Assembly: GCF_001194135.2 (NCBI RefSeq)
Contig: NC_068999.1
Coordinates: forward strand, 34,975,659 to 35,021,578
Reading direction: 5' to 3'
Length of the DNA: 45,920 nucleotides
Source of the DNA: Octopus bimaculoides
Taxonomy: Eukaryota
Part shown: positions 11,740-25,340 of the stretch, piece after piece
Numbering within the stretch: the stretch's first letter is position 1
Layout of the letters: the number at the start of each line of letters is the position of its first letter
The notes under the pieces: model-generated
Database searches by the model: none
Seen by the model: the letters and a program-made list of their open reading frames with translations, nothing else
Told to the model about the DNA's origin: nothing
Made by a program: the position numbers and the translations under genes

Positions 11740-12974
11740 CAGGTTGGTGCAAAAGTAATATCCGATTTAAAGATCTAAGGTAAAAATGAATAAGCCAATG
11801 TCTATGGAAATATTTATTCTTTAATATACTCTCCATTGCTTTCAATCATCTTATTCCATCTTTCAACAACCGTATAAATGCCTCGCTTGTAAAATTTTGT
11901 AGGTTTGGAATCAAAATATGAATCCAACTCATTTTCAATCTCATCTCTTGTTGTTAACCTAAGTCCATCAAAATGGTTCTGTAGTCCTCGGAACAAATGG
12001 TAATCAGAAGTAGCAATGTCAGGAGAATATGAAGGATGAGGCAGTATTTCCCAATCAAGTTCTTCCAAAAGAATTTTGGTCAGTTGAGCTGTTCATAATA
12101 GATTACTCCTTTAATATCCCACCATACACTCAACATGATCTTCTTTGGATGAAGTCCTCCCGCTTGTTGAACTTGGCGTCCTCCTCGACTGATCCAAGAA
12201 CGGCGGCGTTTAACATTATGGTAAAGAATCCACTTCTCATCACCTGTAGCAAACCTGTCTAAAAATGTTGCCTGAAAGAGTCCGAAAGCAATGATTGACA
12301 ACAAAGAGCACGCTGCTGTCGATTCTCTGGAGACAGCTCGTGAGGAGCCCATTTTCCAACCACTGAAACCTTTCCAATGTGTTTTAGCTGGCGTACTACT
12401 TTTGTATGGGCCACGTTTAACTGTTCTGCAAGTTCCCGAGTAGTAACAGTAGGGTCTCTGAAACAAGACCTTCCAACATTTTGGAATGAAGTTTTTTGGA
12501 CGATCCTCTTTTGGCTCTTCTTTCAAAGTGAAATCACCACTTCGGAAACGGGAAAATCACCTCCTGCCACTTATTTCATTCACTACATCATCCCCATAAA
12601 TTCTCTGAATAGATCTTGCTGCCGCACTTGCATCAACAGCTTTATGAAACTCGTAGAGTAAAACATTTCTTATGCGATCTTTAGATGGGACAAACATGGT
12701 GGTAAAACAGAATTATATTTATGGGAAATAATTTTTTAATTGATTTCAATGGTGCAGAGTTGAAGTGATACCTTGAAAATCAACCATAATGTAACAATCA
12801 AAAGTAATCCATTAAAAATTTCATGACATAATTTCATGAGGTATTTTTTAAATCTATATCTATCATGACCCTTTTAAGTTTATGAGACGATTAGACCATT
12901 GTCTTTGTATAAGCCATAACGCAAGATAGGAAATTTCATATGCAAAAACGCCCAGTAGTTTCGCACAACTCTAT
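11739..12974 (-). mobile_element. Mariner transposon, internally deleted pseudogene (cecropia/Hsmar1-like TIR)
   Basis: TA followed by TCAGGTTGGTGCAAAAGTAAT at 11739-11759. ORF from ATG at 12697: MFVPSKDRIRNVLLYEFHK...RR*FSRFRSGDFTLKEEP, GKWAPHEL, FLDRFATGDEKWILYHN, LHPKKIMLSVWWDIKGVIYYE, then HPSYSPDIATSDYHLF...RW. The segment with the second catalytic Asp is missing. A degenerate opposite TIR lies at about 12944-12974, so that boundary is less certain. Confidence 0.93.
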
Positions 12975-13356
12975 CCCTCAGCAGAATCTCTTGGAAACAT
13001 TATACGCTCCATATCCGTTCTTTTCAGACCCAGTTGAGTTATCGGAAACAAAAGCGCTTGTACTGTGACCTTTCCTCATAATGACCTTAAAACTTTTGCA
13101 ACCATATTTCTTTTGAAATACATACACGCACATACATATATTGAAACACACACACATGTATATGCCTGTGTACTTTAATATGTATAAACACGTATATAAT
13201 GATACACATCTTTGAATTTGATGACATTTCAACATTTTGATAAGACATGAAAAATGGAAATCGGTCAATGATGAGAGGGGAGAAAACTCAGCCAAACACA
13301 AGGAAGTTCTTTTCGAATGCAACCATTTGTTGACCCACTCCGATATAAACAAACAT

Positions 13357-13414
<58 letters not shown>

Positions 13415-13625
13415 CCCCCCCACACACACACGCACTTACACGCACGAACACATACATTATGTATATCGTTGCTATTATGTTAAAATGTTGTATATTCACA
13501 TTTGTTCGAATGCATTTTTTTCAATATGTATTTTTTCTTAACCGGTTCTTTTGGTCAAACTATCGTATCTCCAGCTGCTTCAGATACCAAGATATCAAAA
13601 ATTATATATATATATATATATGTGT

Positions 13626-13665
<40 letters not shown>

Positions 13666-14099
13666 TTATCTATGTGTGTGTATGCGCAAGCAATATAAGT
13701 ATACATTTGTAAGTGTGTGTGTGTAAATATGCTATTATGTGCATATTGTATTTACTCTATGTATATGTGTATGTTGTTTGTGCCGACAGGTGTGTGTTTG
13801 TGTTTGCGTGCATGTGTATGTACGGTTGCATGCACTTGCTTAAGTGTGCATATGCGTACCAATGTGTCCAATTGTTTGTATCAGTTCAAATGTTGCGTTT
13901 CTTTGTGGATGAAAGTATGGGTATGTGTGAGTATGTGTGCCTTTATTTGTCTATGCGCGTATGTGAGTCTATGCACGTCTGCGTGTCAGTGTGTATATGT
14001 TTGTGTCAATGTGTACAATTAATTTTCTTGGAGCAGTATAACACCAGTATGGCGAACGTAAATTCTACCACGACTTTGAAATCTCTTCAACACAAGACC

Positions 14100-14146
<47 letters not shown>

Positions 14147-15039
14147 AAACGCAAACACACTCCCATATAAAATGCATATTTATGTATGTATAAATCACGT
14201 GATCACGTGATCGACGGGACTGCCAGATGTTAGACAGATCGAAAGGGAGAACGGAACAACTTGAAATGAAAAGTTTTCCTTAAGTGCAACAGTCTAAACA
14301 CTAGGCAATGCAACCTCAGACACACATACTCAGACAGATACAAGCACATACACGCATACATGCACACACATATATACATACACAAACACACATGTAAGCG
14401 TACACATATACGTATATACCTACGTACTTATATAATTGCGAAAATACATACTCATTATATATATATATATATGCATGCATATAAGTAAATGTATAGCTCT
14501 ACCCAAACATGCACACAGGCTCAGACGCACTCACACATGCATACGTATGTGTGAGTGTACGCATTTTGAATGTAAGCATGTATATGTGTGGTTACGTCTA
14601 GGCACGCACAACAAACAATTTTCATATATAAAATATGCTAGAAGCAAGTCGAGTCAAGCAGAATGAAGGGAAAGAGAGAAAACGAAATAGAGAGAATTAG
14701 AAATAGATAGAGAGTAAGACAGATTGAAAGAGAGAGAGAGAGGGAGAGACAGAGACAGAGAGAGACAGAGAGGGAGAGAGACAGAGAGGGAGAGAGACAA
14801 ACACAGAATGAGAAAGGAAGTTGAAGGTGGGATGGTGAAAGATTGCGAGCGGAAAATAAGTTTGAGTGATGTCCAGTTCCCTGATGCAGACTGTGCTATG
14901 ATTTTAACATTTGAGGACACATATGCATGCATATGCACACAGCTGAGACAACATATGCATACATATATGCACACATGCACATACATGTAAGTATACATAC
15001 ACACACACACACACACACAGACACACACACACACACACT

Positions 15040-15133
<94 letters not shown>

Positions 15134-16036
15134 TGTATATATATATATGTATGTACACATACATATATAACATGTATATATATACGTATACACACACATA
15201 CACACACATACACACAAACACACACATGCATGTCTACACATATTTGTGCGTTTATTTATTTACTGAATTAATAAACCGCGAAAATCAGTTCACCAAAAAT
15301 ATTTCTGACAGATTCCTCACCGAAATAAAGACAAGTCGGATGAGAAGAACTTGAAAATGAATGAAGAAAAGAGAGTGAGAGAAAGACAAAGTAGAGAGAT
15401 ACTGATAGGGAAAGAGAAAGTGAGAGATAATGAGAAAGAGAGAAAGAGAAAGAGAGAGAGAGAGAGAGAAAGAAAGAAAAGAGAATAGATTGATAGATAA
15501 ATTAATAAGCGGATAATATATACTGACAACGATCTAATGTACCAGGAAACGAGAGTGCGATCAGTAGAGACACATAGTTAGTGAATAAGAGAGATAGAAC
15601 GAAATTAAGCGAGGTAGTATACATACTGAGAGACATAAGGGAGTGATGTGCATATATTTTGTGCATATACACATATATATATACACGCAATATATATATA
15701 TGTATGTATTACATACACTCACACAAAGAGAGAGGGGAAAAAAGACAGGCAAACCGACAGAAAGTGTGATACACACAGAGAGTTTGAGAGAATGAGAGAT
15801 ATATATACTTAGAAAGTGAGGTAGTTAGACGAAATGAAAGCTCCATTGCTGCTAAATGTTGCATCTTTTCCGCCATTGCAAATTTCTCCGCGGGCAAATG
15901 AAAAAAATTACTATCTGGCTATGACAGCTTCTGTTCTTCCTCCCCCTTTCTTACCCAATCTTACGCAAACCCTCTCACATACACACAACCTTCTAGATCT
16001 TGGCTTGTTTATTTGTTTGTACGTCTATTATTATTC

Positions 16037-16070
<34 letters not shown>

Positions 16071-16226
16071 TTCTTTCCCTCCCCTTCTCCTCTGCTTTAC
16101 ACAGCGCTATTGCATCTCAGCAGGACTACACCGTTCACCATGGAATGGATTGATACTGTAAAGGCGGGAAGGGGTAGACTTCATGTGATTAGTAATATTA
16201 TGATCGTTACTCTTGTTGTTGTTGTC

Positions 16227-16295
<69 letters not shown>

Positions 16296-16435
16296 TAGAG
16301 GTGGAGAATTATTTTTTTTTTTTTATAAAATTTATTAAAAAATATTTCGAGTTTTTGTTTTTACACCGCCTCGTTTTTTTGTTCTTGTAATTGTTAATAT
16401 ATTTTCTTTTTTATTCCATTTAAATTTTCGCATCA

Positions 16436-16493
<58 letters not shown>

Positions 16494-16497
16494 CATT

Positions 16498-16529
<32 letters not shown>

Positions 16530-17004
16530 TATTAATTGTTTTGTTCGAAGGTTTGGGTTGGTTAAGTTTTGGGCAGACAGTTAAGTTAAAGGTTTGGGTA
16601 GAGTTGGGAAAACGGCGTCACCCTTCTCTGACTGATGTCCGAAGAAATTGGTTAACGAGATGCCACGTGTTCTACGGAGGGAAAGTCAGTGGTTTAGATA
16701 TAAAAAAAAATCACATGCACAAAAAGTGGCAAATGGATAGTACCGTTTGTGTCAATTCAATGGCAGCCATGTTGATTATCACTAACATATACAAGGAAAT
16801 ATACACATACAAGCATACATACATACATACACACATGCATACATACATACATACATAATACATACATACATATGGGTGCAATAAATGCATGCACATAAAT
16901 ATACGTATATATATGCATACATATACGTACATGTATACAATATATATGTACTTATATATATGCACACAAACACAAATGTATATATATACATATATTTACA
17001 TACA

Positions 17005-17083
<79 letters not shown>

Positions 17084-17094
17084 ATATATATATG

Positions 17095-17130
<36 letters not shown>

Positions 17131-17150
17131 GATAGATACATACAGATAGA

Positions 17151-17182
<32 letters not shown>

Positions 17183-17513
17183 CATGCATACATATGTGAA
17201 CATATATACATTTACACGCATGCGTCCATCCATACATACAAACTGAGAAAGATATATAGATAGATCAACACCTCAGAAATTAGTATGCATATTTATGCAT
17301 ATGCTATGCGAAAGTTACAAGGACACACACTTCGACGCATGCACATAGACACACATACATATATTATTTTTACAGACAGTGACATTGAACTCATTGTTTA
17401 CAAAATCGTTATAAATATTAATATTAAATTTTCCACATTTATTAAACCTTATATTCAGCTAATGTTCGTCATTGCTGTATGATTACAAAATTGTTTGTAT
17501 GTGTGTGTGTGTA

Positions 17514-17544
<31 letters not shown>

Positions 17545-18520
17545 GTGTGTATGTGTGTGTGTATGTGTGTGTATGTGTGTGTATGTGTGTGTGTGATTGT
17601 GTGTGCAAACGTGACCAATACATCTGTGTCAGAGCTATTGTCTTTATATATTTGTCAAACACGTAACATACAGAATTTGTACGAAGACTTCGATTAATCG
17701 GCCATGTTGGCTGAAAATACACACCAACCGATTTAAAAGAAATCTCTGACAGTTGTTTGTTAACAATCACTTTGCTTTCAAATAATCATGGGGGTCTTTG
17801 ACTTCAGTTAGTACCGACCATGCATCTGGAGTTTTGGTTCAGAATCTCATCTGAAAACATTTTTTAGTGTGTTGACGGATTATCATGTTCACAATTTTGT
17901 TTAGGATTGAATAAAATGATGAAAAATATGAAGTTTATCAGAGAATCGCTTTCCATAATTCTGTGGAATTTTTCTAAAATTTTATGGCTTATATAGTGTT
18001 TACTATGCAATGCTGGTGTCTTATTGTCTCTTTTCCTTGATCTCCAATATAGTTTCCAAAGAAGTGTTTTTGTTTGTTTTTGTTCTCTAGGCATCGGTGA
18101 CGAAAGGAACTTTTGATCTGATCTATATGCGACTCTTGAATAAAGAACACTAAAAGCCTTCCATATATTAGTGACAACTCTATATACGTTTGGCTGCTCT
18201 TTCCTGCAGGTTGAAAGATTACGTAAATATTTCCTTATCGTACACAATAGCATGTCCAAATGTTGTTGCTGTTTAAGTCAGAGATCAACTTTGATCAGGC
18301 AAGTCCGTTATAGAAGAGATTCTAGTCGTGGCCATCATATCTTATTGTCCAACATAGTGATTCCGCAAAAGCATTATCAAATGTAACTTTTATTTTTGAA
18401 GACCTTACTGTATTAGTAATGCTTTGGTTGCTATATCTAGAAAATGGAGCAATCACGCAGAGACTCTCTCACGAGCACAAAACTAAAGTATTTTCTGAAT
18501 CTTTTGAAGCCTGCTTAATG

Positions 18521-18863
18521 TTGAAATCAACTTTATGTTGATACCAGTTCAGGATTGACATTTTCTCAATGATTTGACAGCTATTCAACGTGTTGACGAA
18601 TATTTCATGTTGACATTTAGTCAATATTGTAACCTACCAAATGTATTGACACCTGATCAATATATTGACATTTTTCTCAACGTGTTGGCTTCTATTCAAT
18701 GTTATATCTAGTCGACATAGAAACCTATTCAAATTTGACAACTATTCGATTAGTTGACATCTGCTCGATAGCGACATATTCGCAGTGTGCTGTTGTCTAT
18801 TCAGTGTGTTGTCACTTACTCAGCGAGTTGACATCTAACCAATGTATGGATATCTAATTAAAG
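18521..18863. repeat. Degenerate minisatellite, 17-20 bp period, consensus about TTGACATCTATTCAATGTG
   Basis: Unit starts at 18538, 18555, 18574, 18593, 18610, 18627, 18646, 18665, 18685 and onward, about 18-19 units in total. Several units contain TTGA-N7-TCAA. Confidence 0.8.
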
Positions 18864-19360
18864 TATGTTCAGCCCTTTTCCGTCATATGTCCAAATGTTT
18901 CGTTGAAGTAACGGATGAATACCATATCGCTTACATTACATGATTACACTCTACCAATTGCTTACATAGCTCTCTTATTTTAACACAGATCTTTTAACAT
19001 TTTGTTCAACAGTTGTTTAGTTATTCTACACCATATAATATCAATATCCCTACATAATAGCTTACACAGTCAGCTATTTTATGTGAAGAACATTTACTAG
19101 CTGGGTAAAATAAATAACGGCGCTGAGAAATTTTCTCAAGGGGCAATATCTGCATGGAGGACACAAGATTAAGTGCAGAATTCCATATCTGACGAAAATA
19201 GCTTTTCTTCTCTGTATTTATTGAAGGAAATTATAGGCATAATAGGAAAACTGCCATTTAAAGTAACATATATTGTCAGATGGCACAATAAAGAAAATTC
19301 CTTGAATTGTAAATTTTTCATTGTTCTTCATAAAAGTCTATTTGTATTATTAGTAAGGCA

Positions 19361-19732
19361 GGATTGTGGGGTTTCGTTTCACAACCACATGTTTCGAGTT
19401 CAGTTCCAGTACATGGCATATTAGGCAAGTGTCTTCAACTTTTGCACGGAGAAATTCAATGCAGTTCTGAGTGAATATGGTAGAAGGAAACTGTGTGGAA
19501 TCCCTTGTATGTATTAATGAAAATGTATATATGTGTATATATGTGTATCTGTGCACGTTTGTGCGTGTCTTTCACCGCTTTTGAACCACTGTTTGTTTGT
19601 TTACATCTCCGTAACTTAGCTGTTAAAAAAAAACCAAAACGTACGGACAGAATAAGTACTAGATTTCAAATAAGTAGTGGGACCCACTGCATGGGCGCGA
19701 TCCAATGACTAAAAACATTAAAACAATAAAAT
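19361..19732 (+). mobile_element. SINE family A, diverged full-length copy
   Basis: caaccacatg...gttcagttcc...ggcaagtgtcttc...gtgaatatggtagaaggaaactg...ccgtaacttagc...agaataagtactag...caatgactaaaaac. Confidence 0.8.
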
Positions 19733-19780
19733 ACATCGTTGCACCAATCTTAGCTGAGTAGGTTCGAAACACGATCGCAG

Positions 19781-20180
19781 TTTTCTTTTAGGGTTTGGCT
19801 GCTTTCAATCATAGGACTGCGACCATGCTGGGGCATCGCATTAAATGGTTCACTCGAAAAATATCAAGCCCTGTACAATTTGTTTTTAAAAATAAGCCAG
19901 TTATTCCATCGGTCGCTTTTGCCCAACCGCTGTATTTTAGATAGGTATATAAACTAATACCGATTGTCAAGCGGTGATAGGAGAACAAACACAAAGACAA
20001 CCCACATACACACACTGACACACACACACGTACAGGACTAGCTTCAACACATCTTCTAAATTTACTCATATAATGATGGTCGGCCTGGTGTTATTGTAGA
20101 AGACACTTGGCCAAGGTGCTGCGCAGCGGGACTGAACCCGAAAACGCTTAGTTGCAAAGCAAGCTTCTTAACCACACTGC
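19781..20180 (-). mobile_element. SINE family A, full-length copy
   Basis: gactgcgaccatgctggggc (tail), gtcaagcggtg (middle) and gtagaagacacttggccaaggtgc...gggactgaacccg...aagcttcttaaccacac (head), all in reverse orientation. Confidence 0.85.
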
Positions 20181-20197
20181 AACGCATGTGCCTATAG

Positions 20198-20413
20198 TTA
20201 TTTCTATATTGCCCACAGGGGATAACCATAGAGGGGACAAACAAGGAGAGACAAAGGGATTAAGTCGATTACATCGATCCCAGTATGTAACTGGTAATTA
20301 TGTAATCGACCCCGAAAGGGTGAAAGGCAAAGTCGACCTGGGCGAAATTTGAACTCTGAACGTAACGGCAGACGAAATAACGCTAAGCGTTTCGCCCAGC
20401 GTGCTAACGATTC
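20198..20413 (-). mobile_element. SINE family B, tail type 1
   Basis: Reverse complement has the tRNA-like head (gaatcgttagcacgctgggcgaaa...gagttcaaatt), the core gtcgactttgcctttcaccctttcggggtcga and a tail ending tgtgggcaatatagaaataa. Confidence 0.9.
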
Positions 20414-20572
20414 ATTGAAGTGTTGCGATTGCTCTCGCTTTCTCCAGCCAGAGTAACAGTTCAAAAACATTAATTAATATTTTCATTAATTAATATTTTC
20501 ATATTATACGTTTTGTACGTGTAAAATGGTATTTATACATAACATTTCTTTCAGGAATTTTGTAGTATCTAT

Positions 20573-20604
<32 letters not shown>

Positions 20605-20612
20605 AGCTGGAT

Positions 20613-20658
<46 letters not shown>

Positions 20659-20783
20659 AGAGAAAGAGAGAGAACATCAGATCAATAGACAAATAGGTAG
20701 ATAGATAGAAAATAGATAGACAGGCTGATAAACAGACACATACATACATAGAAAGGTACATCGATAGATACACAAACACACAT

Positions 20784-21233
20784 TTCTTTTATTCTTTTAC
20801 TTGTTTCAGTTATTTGACTGCGGCCATGCTGGAGTACCACCTTTAGTCGAACGAATCGACCCCAGGTCTTATACTTTGTAAGCTTAGTACTTATTCTACT
20901 TGATACTCTTGCCGAACCGCTAAGTTACAGGAACGTAAACAGACCAGCATCGGCTGTCAAGCGATGGCAGGGGTACAAATACGTACATACACACACATAC
21001 ACACACACACACAGATACAAATACGTACACACACGCGCACACACGCACACGCACCCCCACCCCCACACACTTACACACACACATATATATACGACGGGCC
21101 TCTTTCAGTTTCCGTCAACCAAATCCACTCACAAAATTCTGGACGGCCCGAGGATGACACTTACCCATGGTGCCACGTAGTGGGACTGAACCTGGAACCA
21201 TGTGGTTGGGAAGCAAACTTCTTACCACACAGT
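20784..21233 (-). mobile_element. SINE family A, best-preserved copy, with an internal (CA)n expansion
   Basis: Head tgtgtggtaagaagtttgcttcccaaccacatggttccaggttcagtccc has A/B-box-like segments, followed by gtggcaccatgggtaagtgtc (CORE-like; compare MIR gtgaccttgggcaagtcac). The tail ends aaaagaataaaaagaa. Confidence 0.92.
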
Positions 21234-21495
21234 CACTCCTCCACCACACACACATATATAGGTATATATNNNNNNNNNNNNNNNNNNNNNNNNNNNNNNN
21301 NNNNNNNNNNNNNNNNNNNNNNNNNNNNNNNNNNNNNNNNNNNNNNNNNNNNNNNNNNNNNNNNNNNNNNNNNNNNNNNNNNNNNNNNNNNNNNNNNNNN
21401 NNNNNNNNNNNNNNNNNNNNNNNNNNNNNNNNNNNNNNNNNNNNNNNNNNNNNNNNNNNNNNTATATATATGTGTGTGTGTGTGTTTGTGTATGT

Positions 21496-21534
<39 letters not shown>

Positions 21535-22181
21535 TACGTGTGTTCGTTCGCATGTGCGTATGTCTATTTGTTCGTGCTCATGGGCATATATATATATATA
21601 TGTGATTATGTCTAAGTAAAAATATAAGTATATGGAGATATTTTAACACGTTTGCATATAAATATATAGATGTGTGTGTGTGTGTGTGTGTGTGCATGTG
21701 TGTGCGGGTGAGTGTGTGTGTGCATATATGCACATACGTATATGCAAACATAAGCACTCACACACACACAGACATACATCTTTACACATATCAGCATTCT
21801 CAGTTGACAGCAACAGAACTAGATAGGCTACGGTACGTTACGGTGAGTAATGTTAACTAGACGCTGAGTGCGTGACATGGACTTGAGTACGGCTGCTTCA
21901 GTAAATATCACTGTCTTAAGTTCACCTATAAACAATAATAATATTTATTTGACTTCACAGTCCTACACCTCTGCACAGTTTCTTCGACTTCCCGCTAGGT
22001 TATATAACATTCACGCAACTTCCGGTCGACTAAGTTTTTTTAATATTTGTTTACTGTTTTTAATATTTCACTTTTTTTTGTTTTGCATTTTCTAATGTTA
22101 ATATTTTTTTTATTATTTATTTTGTATTTTTGTATTGTTGTGTTTGTATCAGGTTTTCGATTCTCGTTTAATATATCAGCT

Positions 22182-22212
<31 letters not shown>

Positions 22213-22225
22213 ATACACATATATG

Positions 22226-22272
<47 letters not shown>

Positions 22273-22410
22273 TCATATATTCGTACATGTATATAAAAAA
22301 ATGATCACAGGTCCCTCTCAAGGCATAGATCATAAGGACGGTTTTCCGGACTCTGTGGTGTGCATATAACTATCACTATTGATTTACACACACACACATA
22401 TACGCGCGCG

Positions 22411-22448
<38 letters not shown>

Positions 22449-23037
22449 NNNNNNNNNNNNNNNNNNNNNNNNNNNNNNNNNNNNNNNNNNNNNNNNNNNN
22501 NNNNNNNNNNNNNNNNNNNNNNNNNNNNNNNNNNNNNNNNNNNNNNNNNNNNNNNNNNNNNNNNNNNNNNNNNNNNNNNNNNNNNNNNNNNNNNNNNNNN
22601 NNNNNNNNNNNNNNNNNNNNNNNNNNNNNNNNNNNNNNNNNNNNNNNNNNNNNNNNNNNNNNNNNNNNNNNNNNNNNNNNNNNNNNNNNNNNNNNNNNNN
22701 NNNNNNNNNNNNNNNNNNNNNNNNNNNNNNNNNNNNNNNNNNNNNNNNNNNNNNNNNNNNNNNNNNNNNNNNNNNNNNNNNNNNNNNNNNNNNNNNNNNN
22801 NNNNNNNNNNNNNNNNNNNNNNNNNNNNNNNNNNNNNNNNNNNNNNNNNNNNNNNNNNNNNNNNNNNNNNNNTATATATACATATATACATACACATACA
22901 AATATATATATATATACATACATGTATATGTACATATATGTGTGTTTGAGTGCGTGTGTGCGCATGTGTGTGTTTTATGCATATATATTTATATAGTTAT
23001 TCATATACATCTCATTCTCTCTCTCTCTCTCTCTCTC

Positions 23038-23068
<31 letters not shown>

Positions 23069-23454
23069 TGATAGAAAGAGAGAGACACTCACGCACATCC
23101 ATATATACATACACACACGCACAATTTATGCATGCTCAGGCAACATTTATTCAACACGCAGTGGCACCGTATGTTTATTTAGACTGCCTGTGTAGATAAA
23201 CAAAAAAGATATGACATCTCACGATGTTGGATCTTTCACGCCTAGTTAGCTTTCTGTTTTGATGTTTAGTCTTTGCTTGGTGCAGGAATAAGCTGCATCT
23301 TGCAAGTGTATTGTAAAATAGCGATGGCAGAGGCAGCAGTGAAGTTGGGGGTGGGATAAACACTAATATCAAATAAATGGAAAAATAACGAACATGATAT
23401 AAGCTCTGTTCCTCTGTCAATGTGTCTGCCTCTATGTCTGAATGTTTTTCTATC

Positions 23455-23529
<75 letters not shown>

Positions 23530-23539
23530 NNNNNNNNNN

Positions 23540-23633
<94 letters not shown>

Positions 23634-23822
23634 GATCTATCTATCTAACTATCTATTTGTTTGTTCGTCTGTCAATCTTTGTATGCCTTTCTCTATTTCT
23701 CTCTTACATTCTTTATTTTCTCCCTCTTTCTTTCTCTCTCTCTCTCTCTCTTCCTATCTATGAATAACGATTAGTTAATAGCAAAGATCAACACTCATTT
23801 CAGAATGGACTCAATGGATGGT

Positions 23823-23863
<41 letters not shown>

Positions 23864-25340
23864 CTATGTATATATTGTTTAAATTCTTTCAGACAGATCG
23901 ACAGACACGTTGAGAGAGTAACAGAACTTATATCATGTTCGTTATTTTCCATTTATTTGGAATCAAATAAATGTGTGTGTGTGTGTGTGTGTGTATGTGT
24001 GTGTGCGTGTATATATGTATATAAATATATATATATACATATGCATACATATATGTATGAGCAATTTATATGTGTATATATGCATATCTGTATATATATG
24101 TATGTATGTATGTATATGTATGCGTATGTATGTATGCATGCATGTATGTATGTATGTATGTATGTATGTATGTATGTATGTATACATATGCCTGTTGATA
24201 TATTCATCCTTAATAACAGACATCAATAAAGGAATGATAATTCCTTTGGGATTTTAGTCTAAAACATTAACTACTGCATGTAGCAGTTGGTGAATTTGGG
24301 CAGAAATATATATGCTTCTAAGACTTAAAATGTGGAATCAATTGAACACTGTATCTGTACAAATTTTAATGTCATTCGAAGTAGCACTGTAAAACTAACA
24401 AGCAGTTGTCTTTATTTGTACCACGTAATTTTGTTAACTTGATAAGGTGAATTAACTTTAGAAGTGCAGACATCTCTGTGTCCTACTTTCAAGTTAATAG
24501 ATGATTACCTTCCAAACCATTTACTGAATGCTTGAAATTTATATGTATTAATTAGTAGTCAAATATGATATTCTCTTCATTAAATATATTAAAACTTCTC
24601 TTCTTTCAATGAAGTATAAATTGCAGTCATATTCTTCTAAATTTTCTCAAGAAAATCTTGCGTTCATTTCTTTTTTATAAATCTTTGACAGTTTCTGTTC
24701 CTAAAATCATTTTTGTCTTTATTTGTAATTCCAACTGGTTGTTCTCTCTTTTATTAATGTCGTTGCATCTCCCGCAGATTTATTGTCAAGGTTTGCACCA
24801 TCCTCAGCTTAATGGGACAAATCTCTGATACAAGATATTCAAGCGTTGACATTTTTTTTTCAAGCATGTTATACGCCGAAGTACATTGTCAAAACGTTCA
24901 ACCATTTTTTAAACACCAAAATGTGATTTGAGGGAGATTTCGCAGCGGGTCGGGTGAGATTTATGGTAGGTCGGATGACCACGGATAGTTGGCTCATTTT
25001 ATTTCTTGTCCTTAGATTTATCATTGCAAATATTTTTGTTCTGCAAGTTAACATTCTTTAACATTCATATAATATATATTTTTATTCTCGAATCATTTCA
25101 TATTTTCCGTTAGTTTCTAAAGTTTAATTAATTTACTTATGGTCCTTCCGTATTCGATTATTCTTTCAGTTATGTTTCATCTCTTTGGCTGCTCACTTTA
25201 TTTCATTGCGGTATGCTTCCTGAATCTACTTCGTTTATCGATTCTTTAATCGATACAGCAAATAAAAATTAAAAAATAGCCCAAAATGAGAGAAAAATTA
25301 TGGAAGCTTAAAGAGATGTCTGGATCAAATTCTTTGTGAT

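Noticed and set aside
12978-13085. Minus-strand GYGAYNVSK resembling an SDR YxxxK motif
   Set aside because: It is followed by a stop within 4 codons, has no flanking splice sites and no other SDR motifs, so it is probably chance.
16106-16200. Strong acceptor followed by accATGG (MEWIDTVK...)
   Set aside because: There is no convincing donor, and the frame runs into (ATT)n.
17700-18480. Unique-looking block with a 131-aa minus-strand ORF and two strong plus-strand acceptors (18090, 18209)
   Set aside because: No recognisable motifs and the frames close quickly. It is probably a decayed element but cannot be assigned by eye.
18521-18863. Repeat array as a CRISPR-like locus
   Set aside because: The units are contiguous and degenerate with no unique spacers, the context is eukaryotic, and there are no cas genes.
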